From IMG/VR virus record IMGVR_UViG_3300037851_000345, positions 1 to 60,066 of that record: 60,066 nt of DNA, one strand, 5' to 3'. A program made the position numbers and the translations under genes. Positions 46,380 to 55,568 of this stretch are shown here, one piece after another; positions within the stretch are counted from its first letter, which is position 1; each line of letters opens with the position of its first letter. Source of the DNA: a virus. Taxonomy: Duplodnaviria > Heunggongvirae > Uroviricota > Caudoviricetes. The notes under the pieces were generated by a model. The model had not been told where the DNA came from. It did not search any database and saw only the letters and a program-made list of their open reading frames with translations.

Positions 46380-46780
46380 GAATTAAGAGCCTTTATTTTC
46401 TCTTTCTTACTCTTCAATTGGCTTTCCAAGACCTTCGATTCTTCCTCAGCCTGAGCAACTTGGGTCTGTTTGTCCGAGAGCAAGGCCTTTACAAAGATGA
46501 GTAAGCGTTGACCCGCAATCTTACCACCACCCGATAAACCGACAATCACAATCCACGCCCCCAAGAACTCCCAAAGAGGTTCTTTCAGTTCACCCAAAAG
46601 GTTAAAGTGGATTAGAACAGGCAGAGAGGCCAATCCGAAAATAAGTGAAAGTAAAAACCCGTTAGGAATGTAAAGTTTGACTTTCGGATTCTTGATGACG
46701 TTATCCTTCAACCACCGCATAAACGTGGTGAAAGCCATTGTAAACAACGTTGCGATAATTATGCCTTCTGAAAGTATCAT
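46376..46780 (-). CDS. Holin-like membrane protein (3 TM, charged C-terminal tail)
   Basis: Three hydrophobic helices and a highly charged C-terminus. Start reassigned to 46780. Confidence 0.5.
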   Translation of the reverse strand: MILSEGIIIATLFTMAFTTFMRWLKDNVIKNPKVKLYIPNGFLLSLIFGLASLPVLIHFNLLGELKEPLWEFLGAWIVIVGLSGGGKIAGQRLLIFVKALLSDKQTQVAQAEEESKVLESQLKSKKEKIKALNS

Positions 46781-46791
46781 TTTACACCGCC

Positions 46792-47577
46792 TTATGCCAA
46801 TTGCTGAATGACTAGTGTTGCTCCCATATCCGCTGATGCCATGCCACGCCACCAAACACAAACATCGTAGGTCAAATCTCCTGAATAACTCTCACCTGTT
46901 CCAAGGATGATTCCTCTATTTAGGCCAGGATTAGTGGTGCTGTATTGATAGAATGTCGGTGGATGAAAACTGCGGTTGTTCTCGTAAGGAAGCGTTAGAT
47001 TCCTGATAAGCATTTCCTTGATTTGTTCCGCACCCGTATACGGCAAGGCCTGGGTTGTAATATCGAAGGTGTAGACGTTACCACCCACAAACGTTACGTC
47101 TGTAAGAACTGCATTGAGATAGGAGTGGTCGGAAATATTCATGTCTTGCGGACCGAAGGGTATCATCTCTAGGTACATATGATTTGGGTTTGCTCCTGTG
47201 GTCGGAGTAAATGCACCACCCGTATTGAGGGTGAAAAGCCCCGTAGCCGTATCGTAACCCAATCCGTATGCGGTAGCTGCCGCTAAGGCCGTAGTCCCGC
47301 AACCTATCGATTTGAACTTGTTGATGACATAGGCATTGAAGAAAATTTCGATTTGACAATCAGTCGTATTGTCGTTACCAATGCCCTGATTCTTCAAGTA
47401 AATGGACTCACGCCACGGCAGGATTTGCTCCCATCCGGGGTTTGCCACGTTACTTTCATCATAAAGTCCTGTTGCCCGACAAGCCATTGACCCAAAGTTT
47501 AAAGTAGTCCAGGCCATATCCGTAATCATGATGTTCTGAAGATACTGCCTCTCGTAATATCTGAATTTTTCTGTCAT
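46792..47577 (-). CDS. Hypothetical virion structural protein
   Basis: Thr/Gly-rich beta protein; GGAG SD. Confidence 0.65.
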   Translation of the reverse strand: MTEKFRYYERQYLQNIMITDMAWTTLNFGSMACRATGLYDESNVANPGWEQILPWRESIYLKNQGIGNDNTTDCQIEIFFNAYVINKFKSIGCGTTALAAATAYGLGYDTATGLFTLNTGGAFTPTTGANPNHMYLEMIPFGPQDMNISDHSYLNAVLTDVTFVGGNVYTFDITTQALPYTGAEQIKEMLIRNLTLPYENNRSFHPPTFYQYSTTNPGLNRGIILGTGESYSGDLTYDVCVWWRGMASADMGATLVIQQLA

Positions 47578-47593
47578 ATTTTATCTCCTAATT

Positions 47594-47947
47594 TTATTTA
47601 TTATTTAGGGTGATATTTGATATAATATCCAACCCCCTTTCTAAAAGATATTGAACCAACAGATTGAATTTTTCAACAACAATATCTGTTGAAAAATTTT
47701 CACTTGACTGCCATAAATCTGTATATTGAGAACCAGTCATTGAAATGTGTAAACCATTTTCATCAAAAGTAGAGCCGCCATTTGTATCCATATCCCAATT
47801 GTTATAATTAGGGTTGAATGTATTTTGACTGAAGACCCCATCACCGAAATTAATTAGATTTCTCCCTGAATAACCGTTTCTGCCACAACGGGGTTTAATG
47901 TTGTAAATAGACATTTGTAATTTCTCATATCTATTTATCTTTTTCAT
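47594..47947 (-). CDS. Hypothetical protein
   Basis: ORF in the minus-strand cassette; start may be the internal MSIY. Confidence 0.55.
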   Translation of the reverse strand: MKKINRYEKLQMSIYNIKPRCGRNGYSGRNLINFGDGVFSQNTFNPNYNNWDMDTNGGSTFDENGLHISMTGSQYTDLWQSSENFSTDIVVEKFNLLVQYLLERGLDIISNITLNNK

Positions 47948-47986
47948 AACAGAGTATGATATAATTTAGATGTAAAGGAATACTAA

Positions 47987-48310
47987 ATGAAAAAGAAAAG
48001 AATCTATAAAAAGTTAGTCAGGGACAACATCCCTGATATGATTATGGCGAATGAACAGGAACCTGAATTTTATATTTTTCCTGAACAGGATTTTGAGAAC
48101 GAATTGATACTCAAACTCCAAGAGGAATCAGGGGAATACTTGGAGAGCAAGAACCCTGAAGAACTCGCAGACATCTTAGAGGTGCTGTTAGAGTTGGCAA
48201 AGGTCAGGAATATCACGCTTGCTGAGATAGAAGCACTCAGACAAAAAAAATTGGCTGAACGTGGTGGCTTCTCCAAGCGTATATTCTTAGTAAAAGTAGA
48301 GGAGAAATAA
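47987..48310 (+). CDS. MazG-like nucleotide pyrophosphohydrolase
   Basis: YKKLVRDNIP...KLQEE..E...EELADILEV...R..K..ERGGF. Confidence 0.88.
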   Translation: MKKKRIYKKLVRDNIPDMIMANEQEPEFYIFPEQDFENELILKLQEESGEYLESKNPEELADILEVLLELAKVRNITLAEIEALRQKKLAERGGFSKRIFLVKVEEK

Positions 48311-48311
48311 A

Positions 48312-48488
48312 ATGAGTGATGAAAAAATCGAATTTAAAATTGGAGACGTTGTAGTTTTGAACAGCGGTGGTCCAGACATGAGTATCGTTTCTTTTGAGGA
48401 AGGGACTAAACTTCTTTGTTCTTGGGTATCGGATAATGGAAATTTTTCTGCTGTCTTTGATAGCAGATGTTTAACGAAGAAAAGATAG
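48312..48488 (+). CDS. YodC/DUF2158 family small protein
   Basis: FKIGDVVVLNSGGPDM...C.W...F...L (manual translation, 58 aa). Confidence 0.8.
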   Translation: MSDEKIEFKIGDVVVLNSGGPDMSIVSFEEGTKLLCSWVSDNGNFSAVFDSRCLTKKR

Positions 48489-48499
48489 GAGGGGTTTAA

Positions 48500-48712
48500 A
48501 TGAGCATAACCAAGGAAGAATTTTACGACAAGATTGATAAAATTCGTGAGATTGTGGATGGTTTGGGAGATAGTAATAATTACCTTAATGTGGACGAAGT
48601 ACTTCTTCTGTTAAATGAATTGAGGTCTGATGCTGAACAGGTGCTTCAAGATGAATACGACTTGGGGTTGAATCGTGGGTGGAACCATATTGATGAAGAA
48701 GAGCAGTTTTAA
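48500..48712 (+). CDS. Hypothetical protein
   Basis: Strong SD. Confidence 0.6.
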   Translation: MSITKEEFYDKIDKIREIVDGLGDSNNYLNVDEVLLLLNELRSDAEQVLQDEYDLGLNRGWNHIDEEEQF

Positions 48713-49158
48713 TGAGTAAAGAAGGACTTAGTTCTCAATTGCGTAATTTTTATGCCAAGACCAAGCGCCAGGTTAACCTAGGCGAAAGTGAGTTTGTCCT
48801 AGAGAATATCTTTGGTATTGAGAACATCAAAACGCTCGTGAACGAACAGTTCGAAGAGGTCTATCAAAACTTTTTCGTAACGCAAAAAATCGATACGACA
48901 AAGCGGGAACTGTTTTCCTATGCCGACATCTACGACTTCATCAACACCCTATTAAATATTGACCCAGACGACCTGATTATTTTTTTTACCCACAATGAAA
49001 TACTTGAATATACCTTGTCGTTGATGAACGTGTTAAACAGAGCCTTCAACAATTGGATTCAGAACAGGAAGAGTGGCTTTAGAAAAGGAACTAGGATTTT
49101 CTTGGAAATGGATTCCAAGGGGGTTCACCTGTACTTGAAGCCTGAGATAAAGACGTAA
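48712..49158 (+). CDS. Hypothetical protein
   Basis: TAATG coupling. Confidence 0.65.
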   Translation: MSKEGLSSQLRNFYAKTKRQVNLGESEFVLENIFGIENIKTLVNEQFEEVYQNFFVTQKIDTTKRELFSYADIYDFINTLLNIDPDDLIIFFTHNEILEYTLSLMNVLNRAFNNWIQNRKSGFRKGTRIFLEMDSKGVHLYLKPEIKT

Positions 49159-49394
49159 TGGGTTATAGGGTTATAATGCCTCCTAGTCCCGATGACGGCA
49201 GACCATCTACCGATGATGTATATGCCCAATTCAGTGACTATGTCGAGTTGAACGGCATGAGCCAACTTCTGAAAGATGCGAAAATGATTCTAAAAATATA
49301 CCCCGCTGTAAGGATGTTGCTGAAAAGAAATTATCCGCAAAACCAAGACCAAATTACGCTGTGGGAAAAATTACACGGGTATGATGTTACGTGA
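49158..49394 (+). CDS. Hypothetical protein
   Basis: TAATG coupling. Confidence 0.6.
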   Translation: MGYRVIMPPSPDDGRPSTDDVYAQFSDYVELNGMSQLLKDAKMILKIYPAVRMLLKRNYPQNQDQITLWEKLHGYDVT

Positions 49395-49407
49395 TAAGGA
49401 GAGTAAA

Positions 49408-49839
49408 ATGAAAATAGTTATCAATAAATGCTACGGCGGCTTTGGGCTGTCTTTTGCGGCTCAGAAGGAGTACTTGAAAAGGAAAGGCAAGCAAGCCTTC
49501 TTCTACGAACAAACTAAGTACAAACATAGGGACGGCAAGGACGAGTACACACGACTTGAAAAGATAAACAAAGAAACCTCATCGATAAGTACTTTTTGTT
49601 CTACAAAAGACCTAGGTAAAACCACAAAGAAATGGCCTAATCAAAAGGATAATTTTTACTACGGTGATATCGACAGAACTGACCCTGACCTAGTTGCAAT
49701 CATTGAGAAATTGGGCGATAAGGCAAACGGCCTGCTGGCTAAACTTAAAATTGTCGATATTCCTGACGGTGTAGGATATTCGATTGACAATTACGATGGC
49801 GTAGAGAGTATTCACGAAGCGCACGAAGTTTGGGGATAA
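49408..49839 (+). CDS. Conserved phage hypothetical protein
   Basis: KIVINKCYGGFGLS...RTDPDLV...LKIVDIPD...YDGVE. Confidence 0.75.
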   Translation: MKIVINKCYGGFGLSFAAQKEYLKRKGKQAFFYEQTKYKHRDGKDEYTRLEKINKETSSISTFCSTKDLGKTTKKWPNQKDNFYYGDIDRTDPDLVAIIEKLGDKANGLLAKLKIVDIPDGVGYSIDNYDGVESIHEAHEVWG

Positions 49840-49980
49840 ATTTAATGACACCACGTGAAGTTTTATTCGGTTGGGGAGTTTTTCTTATTGCTTATTTTGT
49901 TTCTTACTTTGTTGTTTGGCTAAGAATGTTATACAACAAAAAGAGGAAGAAATTGTAACCAAGTATGGTATAATTAAAGA

Positions 49981-50250
49981 ATGGGAAAGAAAAAAATAAT
50001 TCTGTTAGATAAAAAGCAACGAAGGTTGCCTAACTATAATAACGAATACACCGATGATGTCGAAAAGTATTGCGATGCGTGGCATAAACTCGCTGCCCCA
50101 ATAGAAAAATTTCTTGGTTTAGAATTGTCGGCTTTTGACCCTGATTTCAAGTTCATAGACGCCAAGGAAAAATACAAATTGATTGTTGAGCTGCCGCTGT
50201 GGTTTGTGGAGAAATTCAACGAAGCAATAAAAAAGGTAAAGAAGAAATGA
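49981..50250 (+). CDS. Hypothetical protein (probably leaderless)
   Basis: ATG 6 nt after TATAAT. Confidence 0.65.
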   Translation: MGKKKIILLDKKQRRLPNYNNEYTDDVEKYCDAWHKLAAPIEKFLGLELSAFDPDFKFIDAKEKYKLIVELPLWFVEKFNEAIKKVKKK

Positions 50251-50525
50251 GAAAGGATATCAAGATAACTTACGATGGTGCTTATCCAAACTTATGTTCA
50301 GGAACACTAATCGTTAAAATCGGTGAACAAGAATGGACTTTTCCTGACTACTCCTTGTCGAGCGGCGGCTCTATTTCGTTCGATGAAGATTGGCAAGAAA
50401 ATGTTACAAGTGGCGAATGGTCTATTTCTGAGTGGCCTAAAGATTTTCCCGAAGATTTGAAAGAAGAAGTTTTGGACGCAATCAACGCAGAAATTCCTTG
50501 GGGATGTTGCGGCGGGTGTGTCTAA
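50247..50525 (+). CDS. Conserved phage hypothetical protein
   Basis: [11 protein letters not shown]...SGG...WGCCGGCV. Confidence 0.7.
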   Translation: MRKDIKITYDGAYPNLCSGTLIVKIGEQEWTFPDYSLSSGGSISFDEDWQENVTSGEWSISEWPKDFPEDLKEEVLDAINAEIPWGCCGGCV

Positions 50526-50537
50526 GGAGTAATTAGT

Positions 50538-51026
50538 TTGAAAAGTAAAGTAGCAAAGGATAGGTTTTATATTGAGTGTTCGTGTACTAGCCCCGACCAT
50601 CTTCTCGTGTTCGATTTTTGGGACTTCGGCAAGAAAGTCAATTACACGGAAATGTCGGCACAGTTCACAAGTCCCTATCACGATTCCTTTTGGAAACGGT
50701 TGGGATATTTTTTCAAGTACCTGTTCAACAAGGAGAGGTACTTAGGTACAAGCGATACCATCGTCTTCAACAAGAAAAATCTTGAACAGTTGAAAGAGGT
50801 CGTTGCGGAAATGGAACGGATACTCGATAAAGAGGAAAAGAAAAAGGAAGCAACCAAAACAAAAATACAAGATAAAAAAGAATCAGATTTTTTAGAGGCA
50901 CAAATAGGAACTTTGAACCAATTATTAGAACAGGCCAAAGAATTTAACGACCAAGTAGGTCTTATTCAGATACCAGAACAAATTAAAGAGGCCGAAGAAA
51001 AACTAAAAATTCTAAAACAAAAATAG
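50538..51026 (+). CDS. Hypothetical protein
   Basis: TTG start with AGGAG SD; CSC..DH motif. Confidence 0.65.
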   Translation: MKSKVAKDRFYIECSCTSPDHLLVFDFWDFGKKVNYTEMSAQFTSPYHDSFWKRLGYFFKYLFNKERYLGTSDTIVFNKKNLEQLKEVVAEMERILDKEEKKKEATKTKIQDKKESDFLEAQIGTLNQLLEQAKEFNDQVGLIQIPEQIKEAEEKLKILKQK

Positions 51027-51062
51027 TACTGAGGAAAAGTCAATAAAAAGGAGGAAAAATTT

Positions 51063-51953
51063 ATGGACATCAACAGTTTAGTAAGTAAGGAAGACATCAA
51101 GAAGGACCAGGAGAAGAAAGCTGCAGGGGGAGAAATGAGCGACAGCCGTTTTTGGCGCATCCCCGATGGTAAGTCAACCATCAGGCTTCTGCCACGGTTG
51201 GAGAACAAGATTCCGTACAAGACGGTATTTTCTCACCGCTACAACAGTAACGGCGAGAAGATTTTCGCAACTTGTATGCAGACCTTCGGCAAGAAGGACT
51301 GCCCAATCTGCAAGCAATCTTGGGCGATGTGGAACAAGGAAAACAAGGAAGTTAAGGACACGGGCTATCAAGTTCGCAAGTCCCCGCGCTTTCTGTACAA
51401 CTGCTACATCGTGAATGACCCTGAGAAGCCTGAGAACAATGGGACTATCAAAATCATTTCTGTCGGCAAGAAATTGCAGGATTTGATTTTGGAGAGTTTC
51501 AATTCGGAAGACTTGGGGAACGTGATTTTCGATGCCATCAACGGCGTTGATTTCGAAATCAACCGCAAGAAATCGGGAGACAACCCGAATTTTCCCGACT
51601 ACTCTTCATCCCGCTTCGTTTTCAGGAAGTACGCCGTGGTGAAGAATTGGGACGCTATCAAGGACAAACTCATCAACATCGATGAACTCATCAAGGAAGA
51701 GACCCCTGAAGAACTGAAGGAAAAATTCAAGTTCTTGGGGTTCGACTCCACCAGAACCACGCCCACGACTACGACGACAGCATCGAAGACTCAGCCCAAG
51801 CCAAAGGCAGAGGAGAAGAACCAGAAGCCTGAAGAGGAAGACATCAACATCGATGAATTGGAAGGTGACAACGGCGAGACCGATGAAGCAATTGACAAGG
51901 GGATTGATGATATCGAAGACATCGACATCGAAGATGAACTAGAGAAACTGTAA
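51063..51953 (+). CDS. gp32: Single-stranded DNA-binding protein
   Basis: DSRFW...IRLLP...C...G..DCPIC...VNDPEKPENNG...DYSSSRF; acidic tail. Confidence 0.93.
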   Translation: MDINSLVSKEDIKKDQEKKAAGGEMSDSRFWRIPDGKSTIRLLPRLENKIPYKTVFSHRYNSNGEKIFATCMQTFGKKDCPICKQSWAMWNKENKEVKDTGYQVRKSPRFLYNCYIVNDPEKPENNGTIKIISVGKKLQDLILESFNSEDLGNVIFDAINGVDFEINRKKSGDNPNFPDYSSSRFVFRKYAVVKNWDAIKDKLINIDELIKEETPEELKEKFKFLGFDSTRTTPTTTTTASKTQPKPKAEEKNQKPEEEDINIDELEGDNGETDEAIDKGIDDIEDIDIEDELEKL

Positions 51954-52096
51954 AAACGATTCGGCTTTGGATTACTGAGCCGTTGCCACGTAGTATCAAG
52001 TGCTAGCCACGAAAAGTACGGTGGGTAAGTATCAGTAATTGGGTGTTCGGCTCCGTTTCCCAAATAAAACGGGCATTTTATTTAAGGAGAACCAAA

Positions 52097-52336
52097 ATGA
52101 AACAGACAGCGAATTCATTGATTGAGTGGGGCAAACAGATTCACATTTCAGAGGAGATTTTTCGTACTTACGTCTTCCCTAACAAGGAAGAAGTCAGGAT
52201 CGATAAACCCCTGTACCTGATTATCTCTGACAACGGACACAGGGTGCTAGACCAAAACTACATTGCCCACTACATTCCCTACGGATGGATTCATCTTTAT
52301 TGGGAGAATTCCGATAAGAAGGAAGTATCACTTTAA
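52097..52336 (+). CDS. Conserved small phage protein
   Basis: ISEEIFRTYVFP...GHRVLD...HYIPYGWIHLYW; AGGAG SD. Confidence 0.7.
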   Translation: MKQTANSLIEWGKQIHISEEIFRTYVFPNKEEVRIDKPLYLIISDNGHRVLDQNYIAHYIPYGWIHLYWENSDKKEVSL

Positions 52337-52366
52337 TCATCAGGAGTCAAAGGGAGAACAGAAATA

Positions 52367-53401
52367 ATGTTAAAGAACGGAAGTGATAAACTGAAGAAAT
52401 TGGAAGAGAAGACCAACGGCAAGATGAAGGAAACGATCGCCGATTTGGTCAAGACATTAGAAGGCAACAACGCAGACGAAGTAGAAACAAAGGCTTGGAT
52501 TTCAACAGGAATTAAGGGTCTGAATTTCCTTTTGTCGGGAGACCCTGAGAAGGGTATACCCGTAGGTAAGGCCATTATTGTTGCAGGGGAACAGCAATCG
52601 GGCAAGTCGCTTTTGGGTGCACGTATTGCTGCTCACGCACAGAAGCAGGGATATATCCCGCTGTGGTTGGATTCGGAAAGCGCAAGCGACAAGCGATTCC
52701 TCGCCCGTCAAGGGTTGGACGTGAATGGCGTTGTCCATCGAGAGTTGGATACAGTAGAGGAGTTTCAATCAATCATCGTCAAGGCTTTGAACAAGGCCAA
52801 GGAGAAGGGGTTGAAACTATTCATCGTTCTTGACTCGTTGGGGGCATTGTCGGGGGCAAAGGAAATGGATGATGCCGACGCCGACAAAATGACACAGGAC
52901 ATGGGACTGAGAGCGAAGAATATCCGTACGGCTTTCAAGACCATCATCCACAAATTGAGAGATACAGATAGTTGCTTTTTTTGCATCAATCACCAATACA
53001 TTTCCCCAGGGTTTATCCCGAAGAAGGAAATGGGTGGAGGAATGGCGGCGTGGTACTTGGGGCAAATCGTCATTTACCTTACGAAGTTAAAAGGTGAGGA
53101 CGGAATATTCACACGAGTCAAGATGAAGTCGAAAAAGAACCGTGAGTTCATCGAAGGCCGAACGATTGAATTTGAGATTAACTTCCGTACCGGCATCGAT
53201 CCGAACGCAGGAATGGTTGACCTGTTCGAAGAGTTCGGAGTGATTAAGAAAAAGGGTGCATGGTATAATATTGACGGCGATGACAAGAGTTATCGTGAAG
53301 AAAATATTTTGACTGACGAAATACTTATGAAAAGATTACTTGTTATTCTGAAAGAGAAGGCAAAGGATTATTCATACAGCACCTTTACAATAAGCGAGTA
53401 A
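52367..53401 (+). CDS. uvsX: RecA-like recombinase
   Basis: ISTG..LN..LSG, GEQQSGKS Walker A, DSE, VLDSLG, INH.Y, KKGAWY. Confidence 0.95.
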   Translation: MLKNGSDKLKKLEEKTNGKMKETIADLVKTLEGNNADEVETKAWISTGIKGLNFLLSGDPEKGIPVGKAIIVAGEQQSGKSLLGARIAAHAQKQGYIPLWLDSESASDKRFLARQGLDVNGVVHRELDTVEEFQSIIVKALNKAKEKGLKLFIVLDSLGALSGAKEMDDADADKMTQDMGLRAKNIRTAFKTIIHKLRDTDSCFFCINHQYISPGFIPKKEMGGGMAAWYLGQIVIYLTKLKGEDGIFTRVKMKSKKNREFIEGRTIEFEINFRTGIDPNAGMVDLFEEFGVIKKKGAWYNIDGDDKSYREENILTDEILMKRLLVILKEKAKDYSYSTFTISE

Positions 53402-53402
53402 C

Positions 53403-54782
53403 ATGGATAACTACTCTCAAATATTCCTAAAAACGTTCATTTCGTTCAGCGAGTTCCGACAGTTGTTTCTGTCGAATTGGCAGTTCGATTATTTTGATAC
53501 AACCGAAGAAAGAATCCTGTACAGGATACTGAGAGCCTTTTGGGTACAAGCCCACAAGATTCCGACCAAGAAAGACGTACTGCTAGAGGTTACGACCAAA
53601 AGCAAGTACGAAAAAATAAGAGAGAAACTCGTTGAAGAGATTGAGGCTGTCTACGGCCTCGACCTCTCCGAGTATACCGAGTCGTTCATCCGAGACCAAT
53701 TCATTGACATCCTTCGCAAGAAGAAACTACAATCCACAGTCAAGAAGATTGTCGATGAAGTGAACAAGTCGGGCAAGGTGGACGAGTCGGCAATCAGGAA
53801 CGATATTGTGAAGTCGTTGGAAATCTCCGATGACCTTCAGGATATGGGTATCGACTATTTTGATACCGACTTGCCAGCCCGTATGAAAATCCTACAGGAA
53901 ATGCAAGTACAACATTTCAGCACAGGCTTCAGCGCAGACTTGGATGATGTGCTTAGGTTGAAACGTAAGACGGTAGTGGCAGTCTCCGCTCAGTTGGGTG
54001 TGGGTAAGTCCCTGTTCCTGAACAATCTAGCCGTCAATATTTCCCAATCGGGAGCCAACGTGCTGTACTTGTCGTTGGAAATGGACGCTTTTGATATCTC
54101 CAAGCGTTTAGACCGCATCGCCCTAGGATTCCACGAGGACGAGTACTTCAAGTCGGTAGACTTGGTTGACCAAAGAATGACAGAGACCAAGAAGGAATTT
54201 CCGAAGCATGGAAAACTATTCATCCGCAGTTACTCACCCCGAAGCCTGACCTCAATGCAAATCAGGGCGTTGCTAGAGCAGTACCGAATGAAGAACATTG
54301 GCATCGACCTGATTCTTGTGGATTACTTAACCCTGATGAGGCCCAACAAGGTAAGGAAAGATGACAGTATGTACATGAGGGGTAAGGATATCGCAGAGGA
54401 GTTGCAAGCCGTTGCCAAGGACGAACGTTGTCTTATTTTCACAGCCCTTCAGGTTAAATCCGAAGCCTACGGCAAAAATAAGCAAGGGTCGGAACTTATC
54501 TCTGAATCTCTCGCAATTCCGCAAATTTTGGATACTCTCATAAATATGGTAGAAATAATTATTGATGAGGGAGACCAAAAATTTTTCGTAATAAACTTCG
54601 AAAAGACAAGAGACTCAAAAAAGACAAACAGACGCATCTACCTAAAACTAAAAGACAATCTGCGCATCGTGGACACGACAGACGAGGAGAAAAAGAAATT
54701 GGAAGGCATCATAAACAAGAAGAAAGGGTTAACCCAACAGCAATCGAAACAGCAGTTTCAGACGGACTTGGAAGTGTTGTAA
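53403..54782 (+). CDS. gp41: DnaB-like replicative helicase
   Basis: AQLGVGKSLFL, YLSLEM, LVDYL, TALQ, ISES. Confidence 0.93.
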   Translation: MDNYSQIFLKTFISFSEFRQLFLSNWQFDYFDTTEERILYRILRAFWVQAHKIPTKKDVLLEVTTKSKYEKIREKLVEEIEAVYGLDLSEYTESFIRDQFIDILRKKKLQSTVKKIVDEVNKSGKVDESAIRNDIVKSLEISDDLQDMGIDYFDTDLPARMKILQEMQVQHFSTGFSADLDDVLRLKRKTVVAVSAQLGVGKSLFLNNLAVNISQSGANVLYLSLEMDAFDISKRLDRIALGFHEDEYFKSVDLVDQRMTETKKEFPKHGKLFIRSYSPRSLTSMQIRALLEQYRMKNIGIDLILVDYLTLMRPNKVRKDDSMYMRGKDIAEELQAVAKDERCLIFTALQVKSEAYGKNKQGSELISESLAIPQILDTLINMVEIIIDEGDQKFFVINFEKTRDSKKTNRRIYLKLKDNLRIVDTTDEEKKKLEGIINKKKGLTQQQSKQQFQTDLEVL

Positions 54783-55156
54783 TGGCAAAGAAGACGCCCT
54801 ACGTAACGAATGCTGAAATCCTGAACGAATTTGAAAAGTATTGGGATACAGGTAAAGTTTCAAACCGAATGGCTGAAATGATTTATCTGATAGCCTGTAA
54901 AATAGCTAATAGTAGGAACTTCTATGGATATCCCTTTAAAGAGGATATGATTCAGGAAGGAACGTTTCATGCTGTCAATAAAGGCATTTCAGGCTTTAAG
55001 AAGGGGAAGAAGAACCCGTTCTGCTACCTGTCAGTAATCATTCAGTTTAAGTACATCGAATACATCAAGAAAGAGAAGAGGAATATCGCTATCAAGGAAA
55101 TGGTTACGGAGAAATTAAAAGGCGATATTTTGGACGATATCAACAAGAGAAAGTAA
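54782..55156 (+). CDS. gp55: Late-transcription sigma factor
   Basis: YVTN.E...IA..IA...NFYGY.FKEDMIQEG...NPFCY...I..IKKEK. Confidence 0.9.
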   Translation: MAKKTPYVTNAEILNEFEKYWDTGKVSNRMAEMIYLIACKIANSRNFYGYPFKEDMIQEGTFHAVNKGISGFKKGKKNPFCYLSVIIQFKYIEYIKKEKRNIAIKEMVTEKLKGDILDDINKRK

Positions 55157-55157
55157 G

Positions 55158-55568
55158 ATGTTATTTGGAAGGAAAATATCGAGAAAAGAAGCCCTAGAAA
55201 TTTCCCGTAAAACTTTAGAAACTGCGGAAACAGAAAGAAAAAAGTTGGCCCAGGAAGACGCCGACCGAGGCATAAAGCCTTGTCAGGCATTTCTGAAATA
55301 TCCCAAAGATAAATGGCGGTTGATGTGGGTTCTTGACCGCGCAAGAACCGAACATCAAATGAGTGAGGTTTGTTTAGCAAAAGATTTTTGTGAAAATCCC
55401 TGTGGTAGATGGCAAGCCGAAAGGGTTGCCAATATCAAAAGGCTTGCAGGAATTTATCCTGCTGATAAGAATGTGGAAAACCTCAGACAGATGTTGGATA
55501 AAATAAGGAATATGAGTAATTACGAATACGAAGCGTTATACAACTCCTTGCCAAAAGAGGAAGAATGA
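55158..55568 (+). CDS. Hypothetical protein
   Basis: In-operon ORF. Confidence 0.6.
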   Translation: MLFGRKISRKEALEISRKTLETAETERKKLAQEDADRGIKPCQAFLKYPKDKWRLMWVLDRARTEHQMSEVCLAKDFCENPCGRWQAERVANIKRLAGIYPADKNVENLRQMLDKIRNMSNYEYEALYNSLPKEEE

